From: Candidatus Multivorans sp.
Lineage (GTDB): Bacteria > Acidobacteriota > Thermoanaerobaculia > Multivoradales > Multivoraceae
Assembly (NCBI GenBank): GCA_965224025.1
Contig: OZ245033.1
Location: 2,816,001-2,880,000, forward strand
Reading direction: 5' to 3'
Length of the DNA: 64,000 nt
Shown: positions 10,457 through 19,897 of the stretch, piece by piece
Position numbering within the stretch: the first letter of the stretch is position 1
Layout: each line of letters opens with the position of its first letter
Notes under the pieces: model-generated
What the model saw: the letters and a program-made list of their open reading frames with translations, nothing else
Told to the model about the DNA's origin: nothing
Database searches by the model: none
Made by a program: the position numbers and the translations under genes

Positions 10457-10544
10457 CATTAGTCCACACAAAGCCATGGGATCGGTTGGGCCGTCTCGGA
10501 ATCGTCGCGGCGGCCGGTTGAGTCCCCAATCTGGAGGCCGAAGT

Positions 10545-13222
10545 ATGAACCGACGTTCCGTATGGCTCGTAGGGCTGGTTGCCGTGCTCAGCGTGGCGCC
10601 GCTGCTCGCGGACGGACCGCAGACCGGCACGATCGACGGCCGCGTCCTGGACGCTCAGGGTGCGCCGTTGCCTGGCGTCACCGTAACTCTGACCGGTCCG
10701 CAGAACACGCGGACGGTAATCACCGACGCTGACGGCGTCTACCGCTTCGCGCTGCTGCTCGCCGGCCGTTACACGGTCAACGCGGAGCTGGAAGGGCTCG
10801 GTTCGGCCGAACTCGCGACCGACCTCGATCCGGGCCAGCGGCGGGGCGTCGACCTGACGCTCGTGTCGGCGACCGAGGAGGAGATCACGGTTACCGGCGA
10901 AGCGCCTCTGATCAGCAAGTACGAGACGGCGGCTGCGGCGACGATCCCATCTGAGATCACGGACAACGTCGCCTTCGGCACGCGCGCCTACAGCGCGGCC
11001 GTGCGGCAGTTGCCGTCCGTCGTCAACCGGAGTGACGCGGACGCCCGGCCGTCGGTGAACGGCGGCATCTCGACCGAGGTCGGCGTCTACGTCGAGGGCG
11101 TGGACACCTCGATGCACCGCCGCGGCGGCGAGATGCGTCTACTCATCCCCAGCACCGCGCTGACCGAGACGAAGCTCGAGTCGACCGGTTTCGGCGCCGA
11201 GTACGGCCGGGCGACGTCCGGCATCATCAACTCGACCGTCAAGACTGGGACCAACGAGTTTCACGGCGAGGCGCTCTATATCGGCCAGAACCCGACGTGG
11301 CGGGCGCCGGACATTCTGGAATTGGAGCGTCCGGACGATCAGATCAACAGCTACGAGACCAGCATCGGCGGTCCGCTCGCCCCTAACCGGGCGTGGTTCT
11401 TCGTGTCCTATGGCCGGATCTCGGACAACCGGATCGATCGCTTGCGGGACGGGAGCGTCGTCAATCTCAGCCGCCAGGCGGATCCCCTGGTCGCCAAGGT
11501 GAACTTCCAGCCCAGCGACAACCAGCAGATCGCGATCACCTCGATCGATGCTCCGTCGGACGCGATCGGCTTGTCCGGCAACCCGGGCGACCAGTACGCG
11601 ATCATGAACTTCCCGCTGAACGGGCGGGTGCAGACGCTGAACTGGAGTCTCGGCCTGGGCACCTCGAACTTCCTCGAGTTCAAGATCGCGAACCGCGAGG
11701 AGTTCGTTGGCCGTCACGCGGCGGAGCAGCACCCCATCGATCCGAACGCGTCGCCGGACGACCCTCCGGGGAACAACTTCCGCTACCGGGATCTTTCCAC
11801 TGGCCTGCGCCACAACGGGCCGGCGGTGCGGCTGGCCGAGGGCTTCAACGACTTCCCGCGAGACCAGGCAAACGTGTCCCTGACCAGCTTCAGGGGCCGG
11901 CACGAGTGGAAGTTCGGCGTCGACGCCCAGGCGATCGAGTTCGCCAACCTGACCTCGATCATCACCGAGTTCCGCGGCCGGAACTACGACCCCAACCTGC
12001 CCGGCGGCTTCGTGACCCCGGTCAACAAGCGGGTGTTCGACCCGTCTGACGTGATCACGGAAACCAGCGACTTTCTGGCCGTCTTCGCCCAGGATCGCTT
12101 CGAGGTCGGGGACAACTGGGTCTGGACCCTGGGCGTCCGCGGCGATCAGCAGACGATCGACAACGACATCGGCGAGCGGGTCAACGAATACACCGAGTTC
12201 GTGCCCCGCGTCAGCGGTGTCTATGACGTGAAGGCCGACGGCAGCGTACTGCTCCGGGGCACCCTGGGACGCTACTACCACGCGATCGGCATGGGCATCG
12301 TGCTCCAGGAGTTCTCGCGTCAGAACAACGGCGAGAACGTCTACGAGCAGTTCCTGTGGAACCGCCAGACCCTGCGTTACGATCGGTTCCAGCGCCGGAT
12401 CGAGCCGACGTTCGACCAGGCGATCCAGGACGTCGACCCTTACTACAAGGACGAGATCTCCTTCGGCGCCGACTTCCAGGTGTCCGAGAAATGGGTCGTC
12501 AAGTCGCGGCTGGTGGCGAGCGAGGCGGACAACGTCTTCCACGCCACGCTCCAGTTCGACGATGCCGGCCGGGTGGTTCGCGATCTCCGCAACTGGGAGG
12601 ACGCACGTCGTGAGTACCGGGGGCTGCAGATCGAGGCGAACCGGCTGTTCCGCGACAATTGGACACTGCGCACGAACTACACCCTGAGTTCGACCAAGGG
12701 GAACATCAACTCGCTCAACGACAACTTCAACCTCAATGAGGGCTTGGGAGGCATCGAGGTGGGCACGGGCTGACCAACGCTACCTCGAGCGAGTACTGGT
12801 TCGGGCGGCTGCTCGAGGACCGGGAGCACTTGGCGAACGTGATCGGGATGAAGCGCTTCGTCTTCGGCAGGCACGACCTGGTGCTAGGGGGTTTCCTCCA
12901 CTACGCAGCCGGGCGGCCGTGGGGAAGCCATGTGTCGACCCAGGTACGGCACCCGGTATCGGGACAGACGATCACCACGTCGACGTACCGCGAGCCGTCG
13001 GACGCGAACCGGCTCCCGGACACCTGGACCGTTGATCTGTCCCTGATGTACTCGATTGCGATGGCGGGCAACGTGCGGGCCAAGATCGGCTTCGACCTCG
13101 CGAACGCGGCGGACAGCCAGGAACCGATCACGATCAACCAGTCGACCGGGCGGCCGAACGCGCTGGTGTCCTGGTATCAGCGGCCGCGCGAGTTCCGGCT
13201 GAAGGTGGGCTTCAGCTTCTGA
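10545..13222 (+). CDS. TonB-dependent receptor, split by a single-base frameshift near 12770
   Basis: Signal peptide, GTIDGRVLDAQGAPLPGVTV, AEYGRATSGIINSTVKTGTN, FAQDRF. The frame stops at 12773, but the shifted frame continues LTNATSSEYWFG... to the C-terminal strand REFRLKVGFSF*. Confidence 0.88.
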
Positions 13223-13263
13223 TCCGGGCCGGCAACTTCGGTCGAGGCCAGGCGCCGCTCCTC

Positions 13264-15810
13264 GTGGGCGGCGCCTTGGTCCTCGTCCTCTCCGGCTGCG
13301 ACACGGCCGGCCCGGGGGCCGTCTACGACCGGGATCTGGGCGCCGCCGTCGACCAACTCAAGGCCGATGTCGCGGCCGAGGCTACGGACGAGTCGACGAT
13401 CGCCGCGCGGGCGGCGGTGGTCGCCGACTGGGCCGACGCTCTGGCCCTGGCCGGGCACGAGATGGGCCTGGAGGGGCCGCGGGTGCGTCTCTTCTCGACG
13501 TTGCCCCCGACCGGCGAGGCGGCCGTCAGCGCGGGCACGACGGTCGACCGGCTGGTCCGCGAGTTCACGCTGCGGGAAGAGGAAGGCGCGCTGGGTTCGC
13601 TGGAGACGGACACTCCGGGACCGTTCGAGGCCCGTCAGTACGCGACGGTTCGTCAGACCTGGACCGCCGGCACGCGGCCGGTCGAGACCGGCGGCGGGTT
13701 CTGGATCGCTCGCCACTTCAACGCGAACTACAGTGCCTTTCAGACTTCCGACCCGGCCGGCGCCGGCTACGTGAGTCTCGAGACCAGTGACGACGACGCC
13801 GTCTTCGAGGTCGACGTCTACATGGCCTCGGGACCTCACGGGGGCTTCCGCGCCCCGGAACCGGCCCTCGCCTACCGGCTCGTGGACGGGCGGCTCGATT
13901 CGGGTGAATCGGTGACGATCACCTACGGCGACACGTCCGGAGGCGGGCCCGGAATCCTGATGACGCAGACGACGGGTGCGCGGATTCCGTTCCCGCTCTA
14001 CATCGACCTCGACGGCTCCGGCGAGTGGCGCCCGCAGCCGATTCTGCCGTTCTCGGTGGTCGGCACGACGGTAGCCGGAGTCCACGGCTTCGCTCCCAGC
14101 GTGGTGCGGCCCGGCGAGGCCTTCGAGTTCTCGGTGCGCGCCGAGGACCGCTTCTACAACCGGGCCATCGGCGACGTTCCGGGCTTCGATGTCCTCCTGA
14201 ACGGAGAGCTTCGCGCCTCGACCGAGCCGGGAACCGAAGCGACCACGGTCGTCGAGCTCGCCCTTGATGAACCCGGCGTCTACTGGGCCACGATTCGCTC
14301 CCGGGGCGAGGGGCCGTCGATCGGCGGCGACGCCAACCCCATCCTGGTAGCCGAGAACTCCGAGTACGGCATCTACTGGGGCGACACCCACGGCCACTCG
14401 GGCTACGCCGAGGGCATCGGCACCCTGGACTTCTTCCTGCGGTTCGCGCGCGACGACGCCCGGCTCGACTTCGTGACCCACTCCGAACACGACGTATGGC
14501 TGGACGCGGGCGAGTGGGAACTGATGCGCGAGAAGAGCGCCGAGTACGACGAGCCGGGACGGTTCGTTCCCTACCTCGGTTGGGAGTGGACGCGGCATAC
14601 GCGCCAGGGGGGCGGCCACCACAACGTTCTCTACCGGACTATCGACGACCGAGAGGTGGTTTCGGTGCTGGAGTTCCCGACCCTTTCGGAGCTCTACCGG
14701 GAACTCGACACCCGCAACGACCGCCGCGACGTGGTCGTCATTCCGCATGCCCACAACCCGGGCGACTTCCGCCAGTCGCATCCAGGCCTGGAGCCCCTGG
14801 TCGAAATGATGTCGATGCACGGGACCTTCGAGTGGTTCATGCAGGAGTACCTGTCACGCGGCCACCAGGTCGGCGTCGTCGCCGCGTCGGACGACCATCT
14901 CTCCCATCCCGGCTACTCGGCACCGAACCGGAACTCGTTGGCGCAGCGGGGCGGCCTGGGAGCGGTGCTGGCGCCGGAGAGGTCGCGTGACGCGATCTTC
15001 GACGGGATGAAGGCACGGCGCACCTACGCCACGACCGGCGACCGGATCATCCTCTTCTTCGAGGTGAACGGGACCGGGATGGGGTCGCGGGCGCCGTTCT
15101 CCGAAACCCGCGAGATTGTGGGTCGGGTGATCGGCACCGCACCGATCGGCTCGATCACGCTGATCAAGAACGAAACGGAGCTATGGAGCGAGGATTACTC
15201 GCTGGATACCGATGGCGGCGCTCCGACCGATCTCATGGTGACCTTCTACTCGGAGGAGACGCCGGTCCACATGGGCGACGCTCCGCGCGGCTGGCGGCAC
15301 TGGCGGGGCGAACTGACCGTTGCCGGCGCCACGCTGGTCCGGGTCGAGGGGACGGACTTCGCCAACCCGACCACCCAGCACGTGGAGCAGAGCGGCAACG
15401 GTGCCGTCTTCCGCACGAACACCCGCGGCGAGACGAGTTCGCTCCGACTGTCAGTGGCGGACGTGCAGCCCGGAGCGGCGATCGTGCTCGAACTGGAAGA
15501 GGCGGCCGAGACCGGTTCGGCGCCGCCGTTCTATCGCCCGCGCGCCGTCATTCCGGGCGGCCGGGTTCGACTGCCGCTGTCGGATCTGCGGGGCGGCCGT
15601 TTGGAGCGGCTGCTGCCGATCGAGAACTACCCCGGCGACTCCGTGACGCTGCGGCGCGTTCGTCCAGACGGCCCGCGCGACCTCACCTTCAGCTATACCG
15701 ACACCGATACGCCGCGCCAGGGTGACTACTACTTCGTCCGCGTGCGCCAGTTGAACGACGCGATGGCCTGGTCGAGCCCGGTCTGGGTCGGAGGGCATCC
15801 CTCCCAGTAG
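13264..15810 (+). CDS. DUF3604 / PHP-like metallohydrolase, probable lipoprotein
   Basis: LSGC lipobox, YWGDTHGHSGYAEG, HSEHD, GWEWT...GGHHNV, IPHAH, ASDDH, RRTYATTG, AWSSPVWV. Confidence 0.8.
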   Translation: MGGALVLVLSGCDTAGPGAVYDRDLGAAVDQLKADVAAEATDESTIAARAAVVADWADALALAGHEMGLEGPRVRLFSTLPPTGEAAVSAGTTVDRLVREFTLREEEGALGSLETDTPGPFEARQYATVRQTWTAGTRPVETGGGFWIARHFNANYSAFQTSDPAGAGYVSLETSDDDAVFEVDVYMASGPHGGFRAPEPALAYRLVDGRLDSGESVTITYGDTSGGGPGILMTQTTGARIPFPLYIDLDGSGEWRPQPILPFSVVGTTVAGVHGFAPSVVRPGEAFEFSVRAEDRFYNRAIGDVPGFDVLLNGELRASTEPGTEATTVVELALDEPGVYWATIRSRGEGPSIGGDANPILVAENSEYGIYWGDTHGHSGYAEGIGTLDFFLRFARDDARLDFVTHSEHDVWLDAGEWELMREKSAEYDEPGRFVPYLGWEWTRHTRQGGGHHNVLYRTIDDREVVSVLEFPTLSELYRELDTRNDRRDVVVIPHAHNPGDFRQSHPGLEPLVEMMSMHGTFEWFMQEYLSRGHQVGVVAASDDHLSHPGYSAPNRNSLAQRGGLGAVLAPERSRDAIFDGMKARRTYATTGDRIILFFEVNGTGMGSRAPFSETREIVGRVIGTAPIGSITLIKNETELWSEDYSLDTDGGAPTDLMVTFYSEETPVHMGDAPRGWRHWRGELTVAGATLVRVEGTDFANPTTQHVEQSGNGAVFRTNTRGETSSLRLSVADVQPGAAIVLELEEAAETGSAPPFYRPRAVIPGGRVRLPLSDLRGGRLERLLPIENYPGDSVTLRRVRPDGPRDLTFSYTDTDTPRQGDYYFVRVRQLNDAMAWSSPVWVGGHPSQ

Positions 15811-15813
15811 CGG

Positions 15814-16248
15814 TTAGACGGGCTCCGCGATGAAGATCGGGATCGTGCGGGACGTCTTGTTCCTGTAGTCCTCGTAGGGCGGAAACGCCTCCACGGCGAG
15901 CGCCCAGACGCGGGCGCGTTCGTCGGTGTCCTCGACCTCGCACACGCGCATGGACTGGACTTCCGTGGCGTCCCGAAGCTCGACATCGGGGTGGGCACGC
16001 AGGTTGTACACCCAGACGGGGTTCGTAGGTGCCCCGCCTCGCGAGGCCACCAACACATAGCTGTCGCCGTCCTTCACCCGCATCAGCGGCGTCTTGCGGA
16101 TCGAACCGGTCTTGTTGCCCGTGTGGGTGACGATGATGCACGGCAGGCCGGTGTCCCGCAGGCCGACGCCCTCGGTACCGCCGCTGCCTTCATAGAGCTC
16201 CACCTGGTCGCGGACCCACTTGACGGGGCTTGGGATGTACTCAGCCAT
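15814..16248 (-). CDS. Deazaflavin (F420)-dependent oxidoreductase, DDN/nitroreductase family
   Basis: GNKTGSIRKTPLMR, VASRGGAPTNPVWVYNLRAHP, YEDYRNKTSRTIPIF motifs. Start trimmed to ATG 16248. Confidence 0.9.
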   Translation of the reverse strand: MAEYIPSPVKWVRDQVELYEGSGGTEGVGLRDTGLPCIIVTHTGNKTGSIRKTPLMRVKDGDSYVLVASRGGAPTNPVWVYNLRAHPDVELRDATEVQSMRVCEVEDTDERARVWALAVEAFPPYEDYRNKTSRTIPIFIAEPV

Positions 16249-16315
16249 AGCGCTCCTCATATCCACTTTCGTGGGAAGCAGCCAATCTACCCGACGGGCA
16301 GAGTAGATTCCCGCC

Positions 16316-17299
16316 ATGAGCGACCGGTGTATGGCGATCACCATGGGCGACGCTTCTGGCGTCGGGCCGGAGATTGCGGTGCGCCGGTTTGCCGATGGCT
16401 TGCTGGGCAGCGATGCTGTGATCTACGGCGACGTGGCCGTTCTGGCGCGCGCCGGGGAGATGCTGACTCCAGGTGTGCCGATTCATCCGATGGATGGGCC
16501 GGGAGAGGCGGTGGAGGGTGTGCTGAACGTCCGCGATCTCCGGCTGTTGGGTGCTGAGCAGGTGCCGCCGGGCATCCTGAGTCGAGAGGCCGGTGCGGCC
16601 GCGCTGGCCTATGTCGACCGCGCGACGCGCGACGCTTTGGCAGGCACGGTGGCGGGGGTCGTCACCCTGCCGATGAACAAGGAGGCGACGCGCATGTCGC
16701 GGCCGGATTTCCAGGGGCACACCGAGTTCATCGCGGGCCTGTGCGGGGCCGAGGACTTCGCGATGATGTTGACGGTGCCGGAACTGGCGGTGACCCACGT
16801 GAGTGCTCATGTCAGCCTGCGCGAGGCGATCGAACTGGTGGAGCCCGTGCGGATCCGCAAGGTGATCGACCTGACCCACGAGGCCATGTCGCGGTTCATC
16901 GAGCGGCCGCGGATCGGCGTATGCGGGTTGAACCCGCATGCGGGGGAGCACGGTCTGTTCGGGAGCGAGGACGAGGACGTCATCCGTCCGACGGTAGAAC
17001 GTGCGGCGGCAGACGGACTCGACGTGTCCGGCCCGCATCCGGCGGACACGATCTTCCGCCAGGCGATCCAGCTCGACCGCTACGACGCGGTCGTCTGCAT
17101 GTACCACGACCAGGGCCACGCGCCGATGAAGCTCTACGGCTTCGAGCGCGGTGTCAACGTGACGATCGGCCTGCCGATCATCCGCACGTCGGTGGACCAC
17201 GGCACGGCGTTCGATATCGCCTGGCAGGGAAAGGCCTTCACGGATTCCCTGGGCCATGCGCTCGACTACGCCTGGAAGCTGGCGGGACGCGTCGACTGA
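16316..17299 (+). CDS. pdxA: 4-hydroxythreonine-4-phosphate dehydrogenase family (PdxA/PdxA2)
   Basis: ITMGDASGVGPEI, GHTEF, GLNPHAGE, PADT, MYHDQGH, IRTSVDHGTAFDIA. Confidence 0.9.
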   Translation: MSDRCMAITMGDASGVGPEIAVRRFADGLLGSDAVIYGDVAVLARAGEMLTPGVPIHPMDGPGEAVEGVLNVRDLRLLGAEQVPPGILSREAGAAALAYVDRATRDALAGTVAGVVTLPMNKEATRMSRPDFQGHTEFIAGLCGAEDFAMMLTVPELAVTHVSAHVSLREAIELVEPVRIRKVIDLTHEAMSRFIERPRIGVCGLNPHAGEHGLFGSEDEDVIRPTVERAAADGLDVSGPHPADTIFRQAIQLDRYDAVVCMYHDQGHAPMKLYGFERGVNVTIGLPIIRTSVDHGTAFDIAWQGKAFTDSLGHALDYAWKLAGRVD

Positions 17300-17312
17300 C
17301 GCGTTGGAGGCG

Positions 17313-17783
17313 CTACATGGCTCGGACGGCGAGCAGCTCTTCCAGGCCACGCAGGTCGGCGGCGTTCCTTGTGTAGAGGGGCAGGTCGTTGGCCAGCGCG
17401 ACGGCGGCGATCAGCAGGTCGGCGAGGCGCCGGCGACCGACGGGGCCCCGGGCCAGGAGTGCGGAGTAGATGCGGCCGTACGCGCGAGCTGCCGCATTGT
17501 CGAATGGCAGGGGATCCCAGGTGGCGGCGGTCCACTGCAGACGGTCCTGCCGGCGGGCCCGTTCTTCGTCATCCTGGCCGGCCGCGAGAGGACCGACCGT
17601 GAGTTCGGCGATCGTGATGGCCGAAACGGCGGACAGTTCCGGCAGGTCTGACGCATCGATCAGGTCGTAGTCGATGACGACGGATGTGTCGAGCAGGCCG
17701 TGGCTGTCGCCAGCGAGCGTCTGGCTGGCCTGGAGTCCGGTTTCATGCGCCGCCTCATGAAGAGGGTGAACAGCAGAACTCAT
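17313..17783 (-). CDS. vapC: Type II toxin, PIN domain (VapC)
   Basis: GLLDTSVVID, ITIAEL, DLLIAAVALANDLPLYTRNAAD. Downstream of an antitoxin gene. Confidence 0.88.
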   Translation of the reverse strand: MSSAVHPLHEAAHETGLQASQTLAGDSHGLLDTSVVIDYDLIDASDLPELSAVSAITIAELTVGPLAAGQDDEERARRQDRLQWTAATWDPLPFDNAAARAYGRIYSALLARGPVGRRRLADLLIAAVALANDLPLYTRNAADLRGLEELLAVRAM

Positions 17784-17801
17784 GTCCGGCGAGTCGGGCT
17801 G

Positions 17802-18047
17802 CTAGTCATCGACCCAGGGATCGATGATGGCGTCGATGTCGTTCCGGAAGCGGCGCGCATCGATCCGGGGAGCGGTTCTCGAAGCTTCTTCGAGAGTGGC
17901 GCGGGACACGAACCGTCTAGCAGCCACCGGCCTCAGTTCGGCCACCGGAGTTCCGTTGCGGGTAATGGTCATGGACTGGCCCTCCTGAACGGCCCGGAGC
18001 ACCTTCGCCGAGTCGTTGCGGAGTTGTCTTTGGGTGATCGTTCGCAC
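17802..18047 (-). CDS. vapB: Type II antitoxin, Phd/YefM family
   Basis: VRTITQRQLRNDSAKVLRAVQEGQSMTITRNGTPVAELRP. Start trimmed to GTG 18047. Confidence 0.85.
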   Translation of the reverse strand: MRTITQRQLRNDSAKVLRAVQEGQSMTITRNGTPVAELRPVAARRFVSRATLEEASRTAPRIDARRFRNDIDAIIDPWVDD

Positions 18048-18050
18048 GCG

Positions 18051-18114
18051 GCGTAGCGTAGCAACTGTAGCGCTTTGTAGCAAGATGGTCCTTTCTGTAG
18101 AGTTCAACTACAGA
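18051..18114 (-). promoter_or_regulatory. Toxin-antitoxin promoter/operator region with TGTAG/CTACA repeats
   Basis: TACGCT -10 sits 7 nt before the GTG on the minus strand. Repeated TGTAG boxes and the palindrome TCTGTAG-N7-CTACAGA (18094-18114). Confidence 0.5.
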
Positions 18115-18197
18115 CTAGATGCAGCTAGAGGGCTAGGCCCAGCTACAGGATCAGATCCAACTACAGACAAAGACGGAGAGAACAGCGGAGATCTCGC

Positions 18198-19718
18198 ATG
18201 GGCGAACGACATCGTGTTCCGGTTGCAGTCGCGTTCCTCTTGGCGGCGCTCGCGAGTGCCTGCTCCACGGATGGGAGCGTCGGTGAGCAGGAAGCGGCCG
18301 CGGCCGTCCCGCCGCCGAACATTGTCGTCATCCTGGCGGACGACCTCGGTTACGCCGACGTCTCGACCTACGGCGACCGCCTTCAGACGCCGAACATCGA
18401 CCGGATCGGCCGCGAGGGAGCGGTGTTCACGCAGGGCTACGTGACGACCCCGGTGTGTTCGCCGTCGCGGGCCGCGCTGCTCACCGGCCGCTACCAGCAG
18501 CGGTTCGGGTTCGAGTACAACGCCCGTCAGGCGCCGGAGGTGCCGGATGTCGGGCTCATCGCCGGCGAGCTGACGATCGCAGACCACCTGAAGGCGGCCG
18601 GCTACGCGACCGGCATCGTCGGCAAGTGGCACCTGGGCTTCAAGGACGAGCACTACCCGACGAACCGCGGTTTCGACGAGTTCTACGGGCATCTTTCGGG
18701 GGCGACGTCGTTCATCAGCCGGAGGACCGAGGGCGTGCTGTCGATGCGGACCGACGAGGAATTCCGGCGGCGTCCTCCAGATGATCCGCGTACCGATTTG
18801 CTGATCAGAGGCACGGAGGCTCCGGAGCCGCCCGTCCGCCGCCGGGGCAACCTGATCCTGCGCGGCCCCGAGAAGACCGTGATCGACGAACCGGCCTACA
18901 TCACGGACGTGTTCGGCGACGAGTCGGTGGATTTCATCCGCCGCCACGCCGAAGAACCGTTCTTTCTCTATTCAGCCTTCAACGCGCCCCACTCGCCGTT
19001 CGAGGTGACCGAGGAGTACTACAACCGCTTCCCGGATGTCGAAAACGAGCTGCACCGGATCTACTTCGGCATGATCGCCGCCCTCGACGATGCCGTGGGT
19101 CGTATCCTGGACGCGCTCGACGAGGCCGGGGTCGCGGACAACACATTGGTCGTCTTCCTGTCGGACAACGGCTGCGCCGGCTACTTCCCCGGCTTGTGCT
19201 CCTGCGAGCCGCTCTCCGGCGGCAAGCTGACCTACTACGAGGGCGGCGTCCGCGTTCCGTTCCTGCTTCGCTGGCCGGCGGCGGTAGCGCCCGGGATCCG
19301 GATCGACGCGCCGGTGTCGACGCTCGACGTCTTGCCGACGGCGTTGTCGGCCGTCGGAGCGGAGACGCCCGCCGGCCTCGAGCTGGACGGGCTCGACCTG
19401 ATGCCCCTTCTCGGCAGGTCGGCCGAGGCGACCGGCCACGGCCGGCTCTTGTGGCGGAACTACCCGACAGTCGCTGTCCGTAGCGGCGACCTGAAGCTGA
19501 TCAAGCCGAACCAGGATGAGCCCGGCGGTTTTCTCTACGATCTGTCGAGCGACGTCCGGGAGCAGACCGACCTCGCCGCCGAGCGGCCGGCCGAGGTCGC
19601 CAACCTCGAAGCGGTGATCGAGGACTGGCGCTCGATCACGGTGGAACCCGCGTGGAGCCGCCGCCGACCGCTCGCCTACTCGATCTGCAGTATCGAGCCC
19701 ATCGGGTTTGAAAACTAG
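18198..19718 (+). CDS. Sulfatase (Cys-type), lipoprotein
   Basis: ASAC lipobox, PNIVVILADDLGY, CSPSRAALLTGRY, GKWHLG, LSDNG, YEGGVRVP. Confidence 0.93.
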   Translation: MGERHRVPVAVAFLLAALASACSTDGSVGEQEAAAAVPPPNIVVILADDLGYADVSTYGDRLQTPNIDRIGREGAVFTQGYVTTPVCSPSRAALLTGRYQQRFGFEYNARQAPEVPDVGLIAGELTIADHLKAAGYATGIVGKWHLGFKDEHYPTNRGFDEFYGHLSGATSFISRRTEGVLSMRTDEEFRRRPPDDPRTDLLIRGTEAPEPPVRRRGNLILRGPEKTVIDEPAYITDVFGDESVDFIRRHAEEPFFLYSAFNAPHSPFEVTEEYYNRFPDVENELHRIYFGMIAALDDAVGRILDALDEAGVADNTLVVFLSDNGCAGYFPGLCSCEPLSGGKLTYYEGGVRVPFLLRWPAAVAPGIRIDAPVSTLDVLPTALSAVGAETPAGLELDGLDLMPLLGRSAEATGHGRLLWRNYPTVAVRSGDLKLIKPNQDEPGGFLYDLSSDVREQTDLAAERPAEVANLEAVIEDWRSITVEPAWSRRRPLAYSICSIEPIGFEN

Positions 19719-19897
19719 GCGGCTGCGGCCGTCCAGCCGCCGTCTGGCCACCGGGGGACCTCAGGTCCCCATGTGGCTGGAACAATTCGCGCGGTTCGCG
19801 GTTGTAAGAGTGAGTCCCAGTGCATCGATGTGGCTGATGAACGCCGCCCGGGAGCGCCTGCCGCTCCTGACGGCAGGCGAAGAACGGGAGGTTGCGA

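Noticed and set aside
18051-18180. CRISPR-like or iteron array
   Set aside because: The repeats are only 5-7 bp and irregularly spaced, and there are no cas or rep genes. No CRISPR array, tRNA or rRNA was recognised anywhere in the window.
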